A stretch of 64,000 nt of DNA from Syntrophales bacterium (GTDB taxonomy: Bacteria; Desulfobacterota; Syntrophia; Syntrophales; UBA2210), in NCBI GenBank assembly GCA_963662405.2, contig CAXXKT010000002.1:320001-384000 (forward strand), in the 5' to 3' direction. The translations under genes were made by a program, and so were the position numbers. This document shows positions 9,207 to 19,819 of this stretch, piece after piece. Every line of letters starts with the position of its first letter. Within the stretch, counting starts at the first letter, position 1. The notes below the pieces were generated by a model. That model saw only the letters and a program-made list of their open reading frames with translations, ran no database searches and was not told the DNA's origin.

Positions 9207-10655
9207 ATGAAAGATCCATCTGGGACAAATCAAGAATTGATCGAAGAAATATCCTCCTTAAAGAGGAGAATCAAGGACTTGGAACAACCGAAATTACAGC
9301 GCAGGCAGTCGGATGGTGTGCTCCAGACCCCAGATGCGACACTCTTGAAAGTTTTAAACAGCCTTGACTCCCTTGTCTATGTGGCTGACATGAAGAGCTA
9401 TGAGGTTATTTTTATTAACACATACGGGAAAAATATATGGGGGGACGCAGAGGGTAAAATCTGTTGGCAGGCCCTCCAGGAAGGCCAGACAGGTCCCTGT
9501 GAATTTTGCACAAATAGTCAGCTCACTGGGCCGGATAGGACCCCAACAGAGGGCGTCGCCTGGGAATTCCAGAACACTGTTACTAAACGGTGGTACGATT
9601 GTCGGGACAAAGCCATTTATTGGCCCGATGGTCGTATTGTTCGGGTTGAAATTGCCACTGATGTCACCGACCATAAGCAGGCGGAGACACAACTCCGACA
9701 ACAAACCGATGCCATGGACGCGGCGATCGATGGGATAGCCATCCTCAATGAAGAAGAGAAATACGTCTATTTAAACAAAGCTCACGCCACGGTTTATGGT
9801 TATGAGAATACCGAGGAACTTATCGGAAAGTCATGGAGGGTTCTCTATGATTCTGATGCCCTTCAGCGCTTTGACCAAGAAATCATGCCTGAGTTTAGCC
9901 GGGAAGGAAGCTGGCATGGCGAAGCCATAGGTATGAAAAAAAATGGGGACAAGTTTTCGCAGGAGATCTCCTTAACGGCCATGGCTAATGGCGGGTTGAT
10001 TTGTGTCGTTCGCGACATCACCGACCGCAAGCAGGTGGAGAAAAACCTCAAAGATACTCTTGAAAATCTCAGGAAATCGTTTGGTGTTACCATTCAAGTG
10101 ATGGTGTCCGCCACAGAGGCGAGAGACCCCTATACGGCCGGTCATCAGCTCCGGGTTGCTGACCTTGCCCGTGCCATCGCCACGGAAATGAGACTTTCCA
10201 AGGATAGAATCGAGGGCATTCGTATGGCGGGTTCCATCCATGACATCGGAAAATTATCCATCCCAGTGGAGATATTATCCAAACCCACCAAGCTGTCAAA
10301 CATTGAGTTTTCTCTGATAAAAGAGCACTCCCAGAAAGGGTACGAGATGCTGAAGGATGTGGAATCCCCCTGGCCGCTGGCGGAGATTGTCTACCAGCAC
10401 CATGAACGGATGAATGGTTCAGGCTATCCAAGAAATCTGAAGGGGGATGAGATTCTTATGGAGGCCCGTATTATGGCTGTCGCGGATGTTGTCGAGTCCA
10501 TGGCCTCCCACCGGCCCTACCGTGCCAGCTTGGGGATTAGTGAGGCTCTGAAAGAAATCGAGAAGAATAAAGGAACCCTTTACGATACAAATGTGGTGGA
10601 TGCCTGCCTGAGATTATTTCGGGAAAAAGGTTTTAAGTTTTCGGAAGAACGCTGA
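9207..10655 (+). CDS. PAS-PAS-HD-GYP c-di-GMP phosphodiesterase
   Basis: Two PAS/PAC blocks (DVTDHK, RDITDRK), RDPYTAGH, HDIGK, HHERMNGSGYP. Confidence 0.92.
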   Translation: MKDPSGTNQELIEEISSLKRRIKDLEQPKLQRRQSDGVLQTPDATLLKVLNSLDSLVYVADMKSYEVIFINTYGKNIWGDAEGKICWQALQEGQTGPCEFCTNSQLTGPDRTPTEGVAWEFQNTVTKRWYDCRDKAIYWPDGRIVRVEIATDVTDHKQAETQLRQQTDAMDAAIDGIAILNEEEKYVYLNKAHATVYGYENTEELIGKSWRVLYDSDALQRFDQEIMPEFSREGSWHGEAIGMKKNGDKFSQEISLTAMANGGLICVVRDITDRKQVEKNLKDTLENLRKSFGVTIQVMVSATEARDPYTAGHQLRVADLARAIATEMRLSKDRIEGIRMAGSIHDIGKLSIPVEILSKPTKLSNIEFSLIKEHSQKGYEMLKDVESPWPLAEIVYQHHERMNGSGYPRNLKGDEILMEARIMAVADVVESMASHRPYRASLGISEALKEIEKNKGTLYDTNVVDACLRLFREKGFKFSEER

Positions 10656-10701
10656 TTGCTAATCAAAATTTTCATGAAATCGGAGCAAAAAGGAATCCCC
10701 G

Positions 10702-12009
10702 ATGTCGGAATTTGTTCCCCGAAAGGAACTCATTAAAATGATTCTCCCACCTGTCTTGGCGGTGGCCCTTTTTATTGCAACCGTCTTTGGAATTCTCCTG
10801 CCCAATTACAGGACAAGTCTTATGGATCAGCAGAAAAGGATGCTCATATCACTGAGCCATGTTGCTTGGAATATGGTAGTCGTTATTGAAGAACAGGAGC
10901 GGGCAGGAAGATTCTCTCGCATGGAAGCTCAACAAATTGCGATTCGCCATCTTCGGGGAATGCGTTACGGTTCGGATAATTTGGATTATTTTTGGATCAA
11001 TGACCTGCGTCCCTATATGATAATGAATCCATACAGAACGGATTTAGAAGGAAAAGACGTTGCGACGATATCCGACCCAAAAGGAAAGTTTTTATTTCAA
11101 GAATTTGTAAATGTAGCGCAAAATCATGGAGAGGGATTTGTCTCCTATGTCTGGCAATGGAAGAATAATTCGTCACGTATTGAACCCAAACTTTCATTTG
11201 TAAAGTATTTCGCTCCTTGGGGGTGGGTTCTTGGAACGGGTATCTATCTTAATGACGTTAATTATGAGATCGCCGCCCTGAGCCGAAATTTGATCATAAG
11301 CTCTGGCCTGATTATATTCATCGTATCATTACTTACTTTCTATATGACTATGAGAGCATTTCAAACTGCCAAACGTCGAATGCGTGCAGAAGTTGAACTC
11401 AAAGAACATGAGATCCACCTTGAAGAGCTTGTTAAAGAGCGCACCTACGAGTTAGCTGAGACCAATCTACAATTGTCTCAAGAGGTTATACAGCGGAAAA
11501 AGCTTGCGGAAGATCTTCTCCATATATCAATCACCGATATGCTTACAGGCCTTTACAATCGCCGGGGGTTCATAGAGCTGTCCAAAAAACAGCTTCAAGG
11601 GGCCGCTCGGCGCAATGATACGATATTTCTCCTGTATATGGATCTTGATGGTATGAAGTTTATCAATGATCACTTTGGCCATGAAATGGGTGATCAAGCG
11701 CTCGTAGAGACTGCCTGCATATTTAAAGAGACCTTCAGAGAATCAGATATTGTTGGTCGTCTTGGGGGTGACGAATTTGCAGTCCTGATGGTTGTTGAAA
11801 AACAGCAAGCAGATGAACAGGCCATCACACACAGAATTGGTCAGCAATTTCGGGTAAACAATTCACAATCAGACAGTCCTTACAACTTATCAATCAGCAT
11901 TGGTGTTGCCAAATACGATAATGATTCTCCTTGCTCACTGGAGGATCTCATGTCAAAGGCCGACACGTTGATGTATGAGCAAAAAAAGTTAAAAAGATTT
12001 AAACAATGA
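10702..12009 (+). CDS. Cache-sensor diguanylate cyclase
   Basis: Two TM segments around a single Cache domain (YFWIND..DPKGK..WGWVLGTG); RESD I-site and GGDEF. Confidence 0.92.
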   Translation: MSEFVPRKELIKMILPPVLAVALFIATVFGILLPNYRTSLMDQQKRMLISLSHVAWNMVVVIEEQERAGRFSRMEAQQIAIRHLRGMRYGSDNLDYFWINDLRPYMIMNPYRTDLEGKDVATISDPKGKFLFQEFVNVAQNHGEGFVSYVWQWKNNSSRIEPKLSFVKYFAPWGWVLGTGIYLNDVNYEIAALSRNLIISSGLIIFIVSLLTFYMTMRAFQTAKRRMRAEVELKEHEIHLEELVKERTYELAETNLQLSQEVIQRKKLAEDLLHISITDMLTGLYNRRGFIELSKKQLQGAARRNDTIFLLYMDLDGMKFINDHFGHEMGDQALVETACIFKETFRESDIVGRLGGDEFAVLMVVEKQQADEQAITHRIGQQFRVNNSQSDSPYNLSISIGVAKYDNDSPCSLEDLMSKADTLMYEQKKLKRFKQ

Positions 12010-12243
12010 ATCAAAAGTAAGTCAATAAAACATGGTTAAGTTCTCAATTCTATTACGGGATTTTGTCAAGAACTATTACGGTGAGACTTTAAAGCGGCAA
12101 TCATCGATTTTCTTTTGGAATCATCCTCAGCGGTAGTAGGTGCAACGTGTGAGATTTGGTGCAGCAGGAGCAGAGCTCGTATGTTGCTACGTTCTTCTTC
12201 CTGTACTCCTTGGAACTCGCATAATCGAAGGTATGAAAGACTT

Positions 12244-12358
12244 CAAATACAAGTAATCGCCACAATTCGTCAGCCAACCTTATCGAATGCGGGTTGAAAG
12301 ATGCACAACTCGGGCTGCACATTCTAGGTTCATGTAGATTATCTGCTTCTTCCTGAAA
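12244..12358. repeat. 115-bp direct repeat, copy 1
   Basis: Nearly identical to 17264-17378. Confidence 0.9.
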
Positions 12359-12511
12359 CAAAGCATCCGGCGATTTTAATGGACATCCACCATTCCAACT
12401 TGTATTCTTCATTAATAAAATCGGAGGATGATCAAGTGCTTTGGACGATTGCTGTGATGCATGGGAGGATCTCAAAGTAAGGGTATGAAACGATAAGGGA
12501 GAAAATGACCA

Positions 12512-12817
12512 ATGAAGATTTCAGACTGGTTGGATGAAAAGGAAGCAGAAGGTGTCGATGTGTCTCAAATCGTTTTGCCTGATGATCTGCTGTATGATGA
12601 AGACCCCGACGAAACCATTTTTTTCAAGGAAATTAATCCTGACGGAATCCTATCTATCGCCAAACATCCGTTTTCTACTGTCGAGCGCTTTGGAGATTGG
12701 TATTACTGCAGGGGTCGTGACAAGGCAACCAGTACTCATATGCCAGGAAAGGAGTGGATATTGTTTACAAAAGATAAAGATCTAGCTCTCGATACAGCTA
12801 AATCACACATAAAATAA
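12512..12817 (+). CDS. Hypothetical acidic protein
   Basis: 101-aa ORF with AGGGAG RBS. Confidence 0.55.
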   Translation: MKISDWLDEKEAEGVDVSQIVLPDDLLYDEDPDETIFFKEINPDGILSIAKHPFSTVERFGDWYYCRGRDKATSTHMPGKEWILFTKDKDLALDTAKSHIK

Positions 12818-12910
12818 GGTATTGAGTATGGCCAATTGAAGACGCCATGCTTCTTCCTGAAGTTGAGAAAAGCAGCAATAACGGATTAATCGAATATTTC
12901 TTTTGATAAT

Positions 12911-12967
12911 CATTAGCATACCGATTACTGGCGGATGTAAGTCGTCCGGTGTATCCTTTGGTTAGGC
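12911..12967 (-). other. Degenerate attC-like recombination site
   Basis: Minus strand GCCTAAC (overlapping the stop codon)-CAAAG-GATACACCGG..; R' decayed to GCTAATG. Confidence 0.6.
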
Positions 12968-13732
12968 TTTTCTATCTACCTTACCATTATTCACTTCAGA
13001 TAGCGGTAAAGTCGATGCAATGTGCAGTTCAGTTACTCTAGGTAAATGTGGGTCGAGCCACAAGACCCGATCAAAAGCGTGCCGGTATATTGCTGATTTT
13101 GCCTCAGCAGAGAGTTCGCAAGGAGCACCTCGAAGCAGATTATGGACAATGACCAGCCACAGCGCATCACATTTGGCACGTGCAATACCGCTCATATGCT
13201 GTTTTTTATCCACCTCTCGTTGTAAGTCAATTGATCCAACAGTCATGACCCAACCACCTGCGTCAGCTTGCCATAGTTTGTCTTGGCCGTTGACACTTCC
13301 TGATAAGTGAACATGAGCGATTTCACGAGGTAATCTATCACGTTCAATTTTCACGCTTGGGTCGTATGGTGATTTCGGTGCAGGCTCAGATAAAACTGCT
13401 TCCGCAAGAGCTTTGGCGATGGGCCTGACCGTCTTCTTTGACAAACAACCATGTGGTCCGAAGATCACGCTAAGGTATAAGGCTGGCCCGCCAGCCTCTG
13501 TATGCATTTGCTCAGCGATTTCTACAACTCGGTTTTTGAGACTTTGGACCTCTTGATAGACACGCTTTCCGGGAGGTGGTGGATGATGGTATTCTGTCAG
13601 TTCAATCCCGATTCTATTGGGGTGGTAGCCAAGCAGAAAATCCGGCTGCTCAGTTTCCTCTTGCGAATCAGGGAGTTCAATGCACTGCTTGAGTTTCTGC
13701 AAATAGTATCGTTCACGTTTTTTGTCTGGCAT
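12962..13732 (-). CDS. Hypothetical protein, possible PD-(D/E)xK-like nuclease fold; probable gene cassette
   Basis: EQPDF....IGIELTEY motif; bracketed by GTTAGGC upstream and GCCTAAC at the stop. Confidence 0.6.
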   Translation of the reverse strand: MPDKKRERYYLQKLKQCIELPDSQEETEQPDFLLGYHPNRIGIELTEYHHPPPPGKRVYQEVQSLKNRVVEIAEQMHTEAGGPALYLSVIFGPHGCLSKKTVRPIAKALAEAVLSEPAPKSPYDPSVKIERDRLPREIAHVHLSGSVNGQDKLWQADAGGWVMTVGSIDLQREVDKKQHMSGIARAKCDALWLVIVHNLLRGAPCELSAEAKSAIYRHAFDRVLWLDPHLPRVTELHIASTLPLSEVNNGKVDRKA

Positions 13733-13746
13733 ATCTATGATTTTCA

Positions 13747-13804
13747 GCCTAACGCTTGAGCCAACCAGTACCGTTAGGTGTCCGTGTTAAGCAACCTGTT
13801 ATCT
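13747..13804 (-). other. attC-like recombination site
   Basis: Minus strand AGATAAC-AGGTT-GCTTAAC..ACCTAACGGT..GTTGGC-TCAAGC-GTTAGGC, a 58-bp imperfect palindrome. Confidence 0.65.
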
Positions 13805-13832
13805 TTAAAGATCAGAAAAGAATCCCTTAATA

Positions 13833-15247
13833 TTAATTCCAGTTCGGTGAAGCATCATCACAGAACGGCGATTGGCCCCATTCCGGAGCGATCCCCGGAA
13901 AGCCTGTGGGGGGATTCTGGCCGTCGTAGCGCCATTGGTTGGGTGGTTCATCATTTGCTCCTATCGCGAAATGATGCCCCCCCACCGTGCGCCTCCATGC
14001 GTACCACTTGGTTCCGTCATCAGCCACTCTCATAACTATCCCTGATGGAACTGGAAGACCCTGCCTTGTGAAATCGTCACTGAACCTGTCAATAAGTTCG
14101 TGCTTGTAACCAATGGGGTCGTGGCGGAACCAACCCATTTGGCACGTACTAAGCCAATCCAGTGCGTCCCTTGTCTCTCGAAACTCGCGCTTGTCGACGG
14201 GCCGTCCATGTTCGTCTATACTTGTGTTGCCTGCAAACCGCATAAGATTCTTTTGATAGGCCTGTTCAGCCTTCTTCTCGGCCAGCCGTTCGTGTTTGAA
14301 CTCCCTCGATGCCTGCCAGGCAGTCCGCACAGATTGGGCATTCGCAATATGGTATGTCCCACCCTTGGCAGCACTGTGAATCCACTCGAGATTAAGCCCC
14401 AACCCTAAGACTAGACCGACCTTGGCTTGGGGACCAGGCCGTGCCCATTTTATACGCAAGAAAGCCTGCTCGTAGCTTGATACCAAACTCCAAACGAAGA
14501 CCAGAAGGAGAACCCAAAGGCCAAGACCGACCGGCCATGCTGCGCGCAGGCCAAATAATCGCCAGTCAATCGAATCCCAACCAGATGACAGTGATATCAC
14601 CGTATTCCCAACAATGGTTACGGTCAGAATAAGGAAAAACCGACTGTTCCAGCCTTGCCATTTCTGCTGCCATTCGGGTGCTTTGACGAGTAGGGGCGCT
14701 GTTGCGAGTACCAAGATCAAGGGTTGCAACAGAATCTCGACGATCAACGGAAATGTGCTGAGACTCACAAGATACTCCATGAAGGCCGCGATTCCTGCGG
14801 TCTTCCATATGGCGCGCAAAAAAACCCCTGTTTGTGGGCATCCGTGAAACCCGCAAGCAACACCACACCCGCCGTTGCCACCCACACAACCGTGTCCTTA
14901 GTTAGTCGCAGGTCCCAAAGGCGTTGCCATTGTGCGATAAGCACAATTATTGCGATCCACATGATAAAGGAAACCCATATTATGAGCAGCTTCGACGACA
15001 GGGTCGACCGAATCACGATCTCAAGACAATGCCTCACCTGTGCCCGTGAAAGGAGCCACACTGCTAGGATTCCAAGCCAGATCAAACTAGCCCACTCTCT
15101 GTTATTCAACTCGAATCCATGTTCAATCAGCCAAGCGCTTGCCGCCTCAAAAGTGTAGTTACCAGAATCGATTTGGTTCACCATACGCAGTGCACCCACC
15201 GTGTCTTCAATAATGACGGTTTGGGTAACAGGCCAGCTCTGGATCAA
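13833..15247 (-). pseudogene. Multi-TM membrane protein with soluble C-terminal domain, split by a frameshift in a T7 tract
   Basis: ORFs 14765-15247 and 13833-14885 join as ..KQGFF|LRAIWK if one T is added at 14818-14824; start uncertain. Confidence 0.7.
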
Positions 15248-15315
15248 GGAAGGAAATTTGGTCCTTGTCGACCCAGCGGTTGCCCAGGATTTATCGAAAT
15301 GGCACTTTCTGAAAA

Positions 15316-15528
15316 CTATCTTTCTACAATAGGCTCCTCAGGAGCATGAGTAGCTGCCAGTCTTGCTGACTTGATTGCCTTTAGTGCAGCATTTGTCGAT
15401 AGGTAACCCCTGCCACTTTTAGCAACTGGTATAGGAGACGGTGAATTGGAAACTATGAGATGCCAATGCCAAAGGCCTCCATCTTTGAAAACAACGAACC
15501 GATGACCTTTTCCTTTCATGCCTTTCAT
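15316..15528 (-). CDS. YegP/DUF1508-like small protein
   Basis: F.VFKD.G.W.W.L...N...VA.SG.GY.S...A..AI pattern; AGGAGAGG RBS. Confidence 0.7.
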   Translation of the reverse strand: MKGMKGKGHRFVVFKDGGLWHWHLIVSNSPSPIPVAKSGRGYLSTNAALKAIKSARLAATHAPEEPIVER

Positions 15529-15676
15529 TTTTGCCTCTCCTTCAGCAGAGAATAAGTGCTAACAATAAATAAGCAGTTTTCTGTTATTTATAAGAGGATG
15601 TTATACGGAAACCATATAACATCATTTTCTCCGATTTACTGATTGCAATATTGTTCTAATCTTTCCACAAAAAACA

Positions 15677-15851
15677 AAAGCCCCATCTCTCATTTTGAGA
15701 AACAGGGCTTTAGATGATCAGACCATAATCCCCTCCCGTGGTTACAGCTGTTCACAAGCGCATTCAATACAAGCAATTTCAATGAAACATATTGACTCAC
15801 TAACTCCATGATCTTGTTATGTCAAGAAATTTTACCGTGAGAATTTCAAAT
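15677..15851 (-). repeat. Repeated non-coding module, copy C (continues at 17120-17170 beyond the IS3)
   Basis: Homology to copies A, B and E. Confidence 0.75.
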
Positions 15852-15881
15852 TGATCTTGCCCCGAAAAAGTGGACACCCCA

Positions 15882-16730
15882 CTAAGTTACACACGCTTTT
15901 CGTTCAAACTCAGCGGGAGAGCAATAATTCAATGATGAATGTCTTCTAACGCAATTATAGAAAACTTCGATATATTCGAATATGCTCCCGCGAGCTTCCT
16001 GTCTTGTCTGATACTTCTCAAAATAAACAAGCTCCGTCTTTAAGGTATGGAAAAACGATTCCATAAGAGCATTGTCGTAACAATTCCCCGAAGAGTTCAT
16101 GCTCTGAATAAAACCATATTTCTCCATCAGCCCCTGAAAAGCATAGCTGGTATATTGAGTTCCACGATCTGAATGAAACATAACACCAGCTTTGGGTCGC
16201 CGCTGCCTGATCGCCTTGTGCAAGGCATCTGCAAGAATCTTATGACTCAATCTGTTATCCATCGACCATCCAATAATCTTACGATTGAAAACATCCAGGA
16301 TCGCTGCCAGATAAAGCCAACCCTCTCTCGTCCAAATAAGGGTAATATCAGAAACCCACACCTTGTTGGCCACATCTGTCGAAAATCTCCGATTTAAAAG
16401 ATTATCCGCCACTAAAAACTCATGCTTGGATTTTTTGGTGGCCTTGAACCTGCGTTTCGTCTTTGCCTTAATCCCATGACTCTTCATCAGGTGAGCCACT
16501 CGTTTCCTGCTACACTTAATCCCGTGGGCCTGAAGTTCCGCTGTCACCCTCGGGCTACCATATGTGCCGCGACCCTTTATGAAAGCGTCCCGAATATACA
16601 TCAGCAACCGCTCATTCTCTCTCTGGCGGTCACTCTTGCTGTGTTTCCCCCATATGTAATAACCGCTCCTGGATACCCCCAGCACTCGGCACATCTTCTT
16701 CACCGAAAATTCGGAACGGTGATTTTCCAT
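15882..16730 (-). CDS. IS3 transposase OrfB (rve/DDE domain)
   Basis: WVSDIT, HSDRGTQY, GNCYDNALMESFF. Confidence 0.92.
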   Translation of the reverse strand: MENHRSEFSVKKMCRVLGVSRSGYYIWGKHSKSDRQRENERLLMYIRDAFIKGRGTYGSPRVTAELQAHGIKCSRKRVAHLMKSHGIKAKTKRRFKATKKSKHEFLVADNLLNRRFSTDVANKVWVSDITLIWTREGWLYLAAILDVFNRKIIGWSMDNRLSHKILADALHKAIRQRRPKAGVMFHSDRGTQYTSYAFQGLMEKYGFIQSMNSSGNCYDNALMESFFHTLKTELVYFEKYQTRQEARGSIFEYIEVFYNCVRRHSSLNYCSPAEFERKACVT

Positions 16731-16741
16731 GAACTCATACT

Positions 16742-17044
16742 TTACTTTGGGTGTTTCGAGAAGATGGCCAACGCTTTTTTTAAGATTTCCCTCTCCTCCC
16801 TTAAGCTCTCATTCTCCCGCCGCAACCGACGAAGTTCCTCCTCAGGTGCCTTCAAATGACCTTTCCCGGGAAAAGCTTGCTCCATGTCCGCCCGATATTT
16901 ACGCCTCCACTGATGAAGCAGGTTTTTATGAACATTCAAATCCTTAGCTAGATCACTTACAGAACGTTTACCTTCATCCATTAACCGAATCGCCTCATAC
17001 TTAAACTCCCGATCAAAATACCGCTTATCCTTCCCATTAACCAT
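16742..17044 (-). CDS. IS3 transposase OrfA
   Basis: FDREFK.EA, HTH, EREILKKA with an A7G slippery site for -1 frameshifting. Confidence 0.9.
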   Translation of the reverse strand: MVNGKDKRYFDREFKYEAIRLMDEGKRSVSDLAKDLNVHKNLLHQWRRKYRADMEQAFPGKGHLKAPEEELRRLRRENESLREEREILKKALAIFSKHPK

Positions 17045-17263
17045 GACATGCCTCCTCGTTACTCTATGTCTATAAGAGAAACTCTTCGGTATGTCCACTA
17101 AATCGGGGGAAGACCAAATGGTAATGAATGATTTTTCTCTGCGATTGTTTTGAGTGTTTGTAGGTGGCGTCAATAACCGACACTCTGGCATTTTCCTTTA
17201 TCCTGCCTGAACAGTACGGATTGAAAGCCAAGCCGCGAATCCATTTCCCACATTTATTGACTA

Positions 17264-17378
17264 CAAATACAAGTCATCACCACAATTCGTCAGCCAACCT
17301 TATCGAATGCGGGTTGAAAGATGCACAACTCGGGCTGCACATTCTAGGTTCATGTAGATTATCTGCTCCTTCCTGAAA
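17264..17378. repeat. 115-bp direct repeat, copy 2
   Basis: Nearly identical to 12244-12358. Confidence 0.9.
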
Positions 17379-17428
17379 GTGAGCGTTTGATATTTTTTCA
17401 ATGTGTGCATTACTTCAAAGGATAATTA

Positions 17429-18075
17429 ATGCTTGATAAACGAACAGTATCGATCATCCAAGGGTACCCGATTTCGCCGGGGCTTGCTGAGGGAATTATC
17501 CATGTCCATCGCAACATACTTGGTCCAATAGATGCCCCAGTGGACATAGCGCAACACAACGTCGGGAGAAAGTTTTCACGGTTTGATGTTGCTACAGCTA
17601 AGATTTCGGATGAACTTGCCACCTTGGCAACCCGAGTCGAAAAGGAAGTTGATTCGAGACTTGCCCGCGTTTTTGGGGCTCATCAACTCATAGCAGAAGA
17701 TTCCTCATTGAGAGAAGAATTAAGACGAGAGATCCTAGACAACCTGGTAACTGTGAGCAACGCCGTGAAGACGGTATTTTTTGCGCTGGGAGAAACGATT
17801 CCTATCGATGAAATCGAAGATATCCAGAGACAAAGGCGACGACATGCGGGATGTTTCAATCCGCCTGTCCAATGCTCTTACGGGGATCACGGTTCACCCA
17901 TTGGACAAGATCCCCCTTGGCGGTGTGCTCGCTTCCTCGCGTTTACTGCCGTCTGATACCGTTTTTCTCGCTGGCCGCTCCACCTCGGCAGTTCTTCTGG
18001 AATACGGGAGTCACGGCTCTCATGCAGCTCTGTTTGTCCGCGAAATAGGTCTACCGTGCATCTCAACTTTCCAAA
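17429..18075 (+). pseudogene. PEP-protein phosphotransferase (enzyme I) N-terminal and mobile domains, frameshifted and truncated
   Basis: G.PISPGLA.G, F.AH..I.ED, D.RDV, L.PSDT, GSHAAL..RE.GLP; frameshift in T6 at ~17777-17782. Confidence 0.75.
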
Positions 18076-18149
18076 TAATCTTATCGTCAATTTCCACCGT
18101 TGAGACCAATAATCCTTCTCCCAGTATCCCTCGCTCATCCCAATATATC

Positions 18150-18520
18150 TTACTTAAAAAAACCCAATTTTCGCCTTTAACGTTCCGCTCGTGTTTGTCT
18201 TGATAAGATTCACTGCTTCACTTAACGAATATCTCGGCGGTATCACCATTAGGTATGTGAACATTGTCAACATCGATCCCTATCGCTTTGTACTCCCACT
18301 CAGGATAATACTTTCGTACCTCGCAAAATTTGGTTTCCAAATACTGGCGATCTCCCTTGATAAAGATTTCTCGCCTAAACCTCGTGGTCCACGCTATACG
18401 GTATTGTGTCCGGTAAACTGTATGTGCTGACTTCCTCAGCCTCATACAGTCTCTATATCAAAGTGCCCAGAAGATACAGGATACGGCTCTCACCCCCGCC
18501 CTCACGGACGGGGAAGTCCT
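18150..18520 (-). pseudogene. IS200 tnpA remnant with end hairpin
   Basis: SAHTVYRTQY.I.W, degenerate DNVHI; hairpin CCCCGCCCTCACGGACGGGG upstream. Confidence 0.75.
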
Positions 18521-18619
18521 GCTAAATTAGATTTCTACGAACTTCCCTCTCTTTCATGGGAGAGGTCCCCCTCCTCATGTTAATCAGAAACAGTCACGTA
18601 CCGCCTCAGGAGTTCAGCA

Positions 18620-19819
18620 TTACTCCTCAGCAGGCTGAGCAATAGCTTTCAGCAACATGGAAGCCGCCGCGTCGATAACGTAGGCCATGCCATAGTATCG
18701 GCCGGGACGAGAATGAAACCACCGAAGCATCATGTGACTGAAACCTCCGAAAAAGAGGTTCTTGAAAACACGATTACTGATATCGGGTCGAAAATTACCA
18801 TCTTTTTTCCCTTCCTCCAGGATACGATCTATGATTTCAAGGTAGCGTAGAAAATCATCGTAGGCACGGGACTGATAGAAACGTTCATTGTAGACCCCTG
18901 CAGATATAAAGGTCTTCAGAAAAGCAGGGTGTTTCAGATAGAAGAAGAAGTGCTCCCGCACAAACCGTTCGAGCTTCTCCGCAGGGGTTCGCATTATAAA
19001 AAATTCATCCATGGATTGCAGGTGCTCGTTGAACCGGTGCCGGAGCGTGGAAAAAAGGATGTCTTCTTTATTTTTAAAATATTCGTAGAGCGTTGCCTCG
19101 GCAACCTCAGCAGAACGTGCAATTTCCATGGTTGTCGTTTTCAAATACCCCCCTTCAGCAAAGTGCTTCTCGGCGGCATCTAGAATACTCGCTTCTTTCC
19201 CTCGCTTTTTCCGGTTCCCTTTTTCGTCGGGTACCATCATGGGCAGCACCAGGTCCAGAATATCATCAAAATCAGTCTGGAAGCATCCTTCTCTCCGACC
19301 TGAAAAAACCTGGATGTTTTCCATATCGAGGAGCCCCAGTATAATCGCATTCGCCACTGGGATGGAAATCTCTTTTGAAAAGGTCCCCTCCGACACCCCA
19401 TCCTCGATAATTGAATTTAGAATTCTGAGCCACTGGATGAACGGGGCCGATGCCTCATGTTGAAAAAAGGCGGAATCAGCACGGCACTCGAAGATAGTAA
19501 ATCTAGCATACTGTGGGTGATCTTCATGGTAAAAGAGTTGAAACCAGATTAGTTTGCTCAAGCGACTAACGGGTTCGCGAATACCCTGGAGCTGGTATTC
19601 AAGGTCCGCCATCATTTTTTTCAACAATTCTCCAACGGCATAAAATAGAAGATCCCTTTTGTTTTTAAAATAATGATAGATGATTGAATCCTTCACCCCT
19701 GCAGAAGCGGCGATTTCCGAAATGGTCGTTTCGGTCCCTTTCTGAGCCAACAAAATGACAGCGGCGTCTAGTATCTGCTTCTTTGTTCCAGTAATCACCC
19801 TTGTTCCTTCCGTATCCAT
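18620..19819 (-). CDS. Tandem (double-domain) TetR/AcrR family regulator
   Basis: Two HTH motifs: TTISEIAASAGV..IYHYFKNK and TTTMEIARSAEV..LYEYFKNK. Confidence 0.9.
   Translation of the reverse strand: MDTEGTRVITGTKKQILDAAVILLAQKGTETTISEIAASAGVKDSIIYHYFKNKRDLLFYAVGELLKKMMADLEYQLQGIREPVSRLSKLIWFQLFYHEDHPQYARFTIFECRADSAFFQHEASAPFIQWLRILNSIIEDGVSEGTFSKEISIPVANAIILGLLDMENIQVFSGRREGCFQTDFDDILDLVLPMMVPDEKGNRKKRGKEASILDAAEKHFAEGGYLKTTTMEIARSAEVAEATLYEYFKNKEDILFSTLRHRFNEHLQSMDEFFIMRTPAEKLERFVREHFFFYLKHPAFLKTFISAGVYNERFYQSRAYDDFLRYLEIIDRILEEGKKDGNFRPDISNRVFKNLFFGGFSHMMLRWFHSRPGRYYGMAYVIDAAASMLLKAIAQPAEE

Larger units (their letters stand above)
15852..17116 (-). mobile_element. IS3-family element, apparently complete
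   Basis: IRs TGATCTTGCCCCGAAAAAGTGGACA / TGGTCTTCCCCCGATTTAGTGGACA; 3-bp duplication AAT. Confidence 0.92.

Noticed and set aside
15718..15726. Minigene TGA as a selenocysteine codon with the hairpin as SECIS
   Set aside because: The readthrough product is not conserved across copies, and the hairpin has a U-tail typical of a terminator
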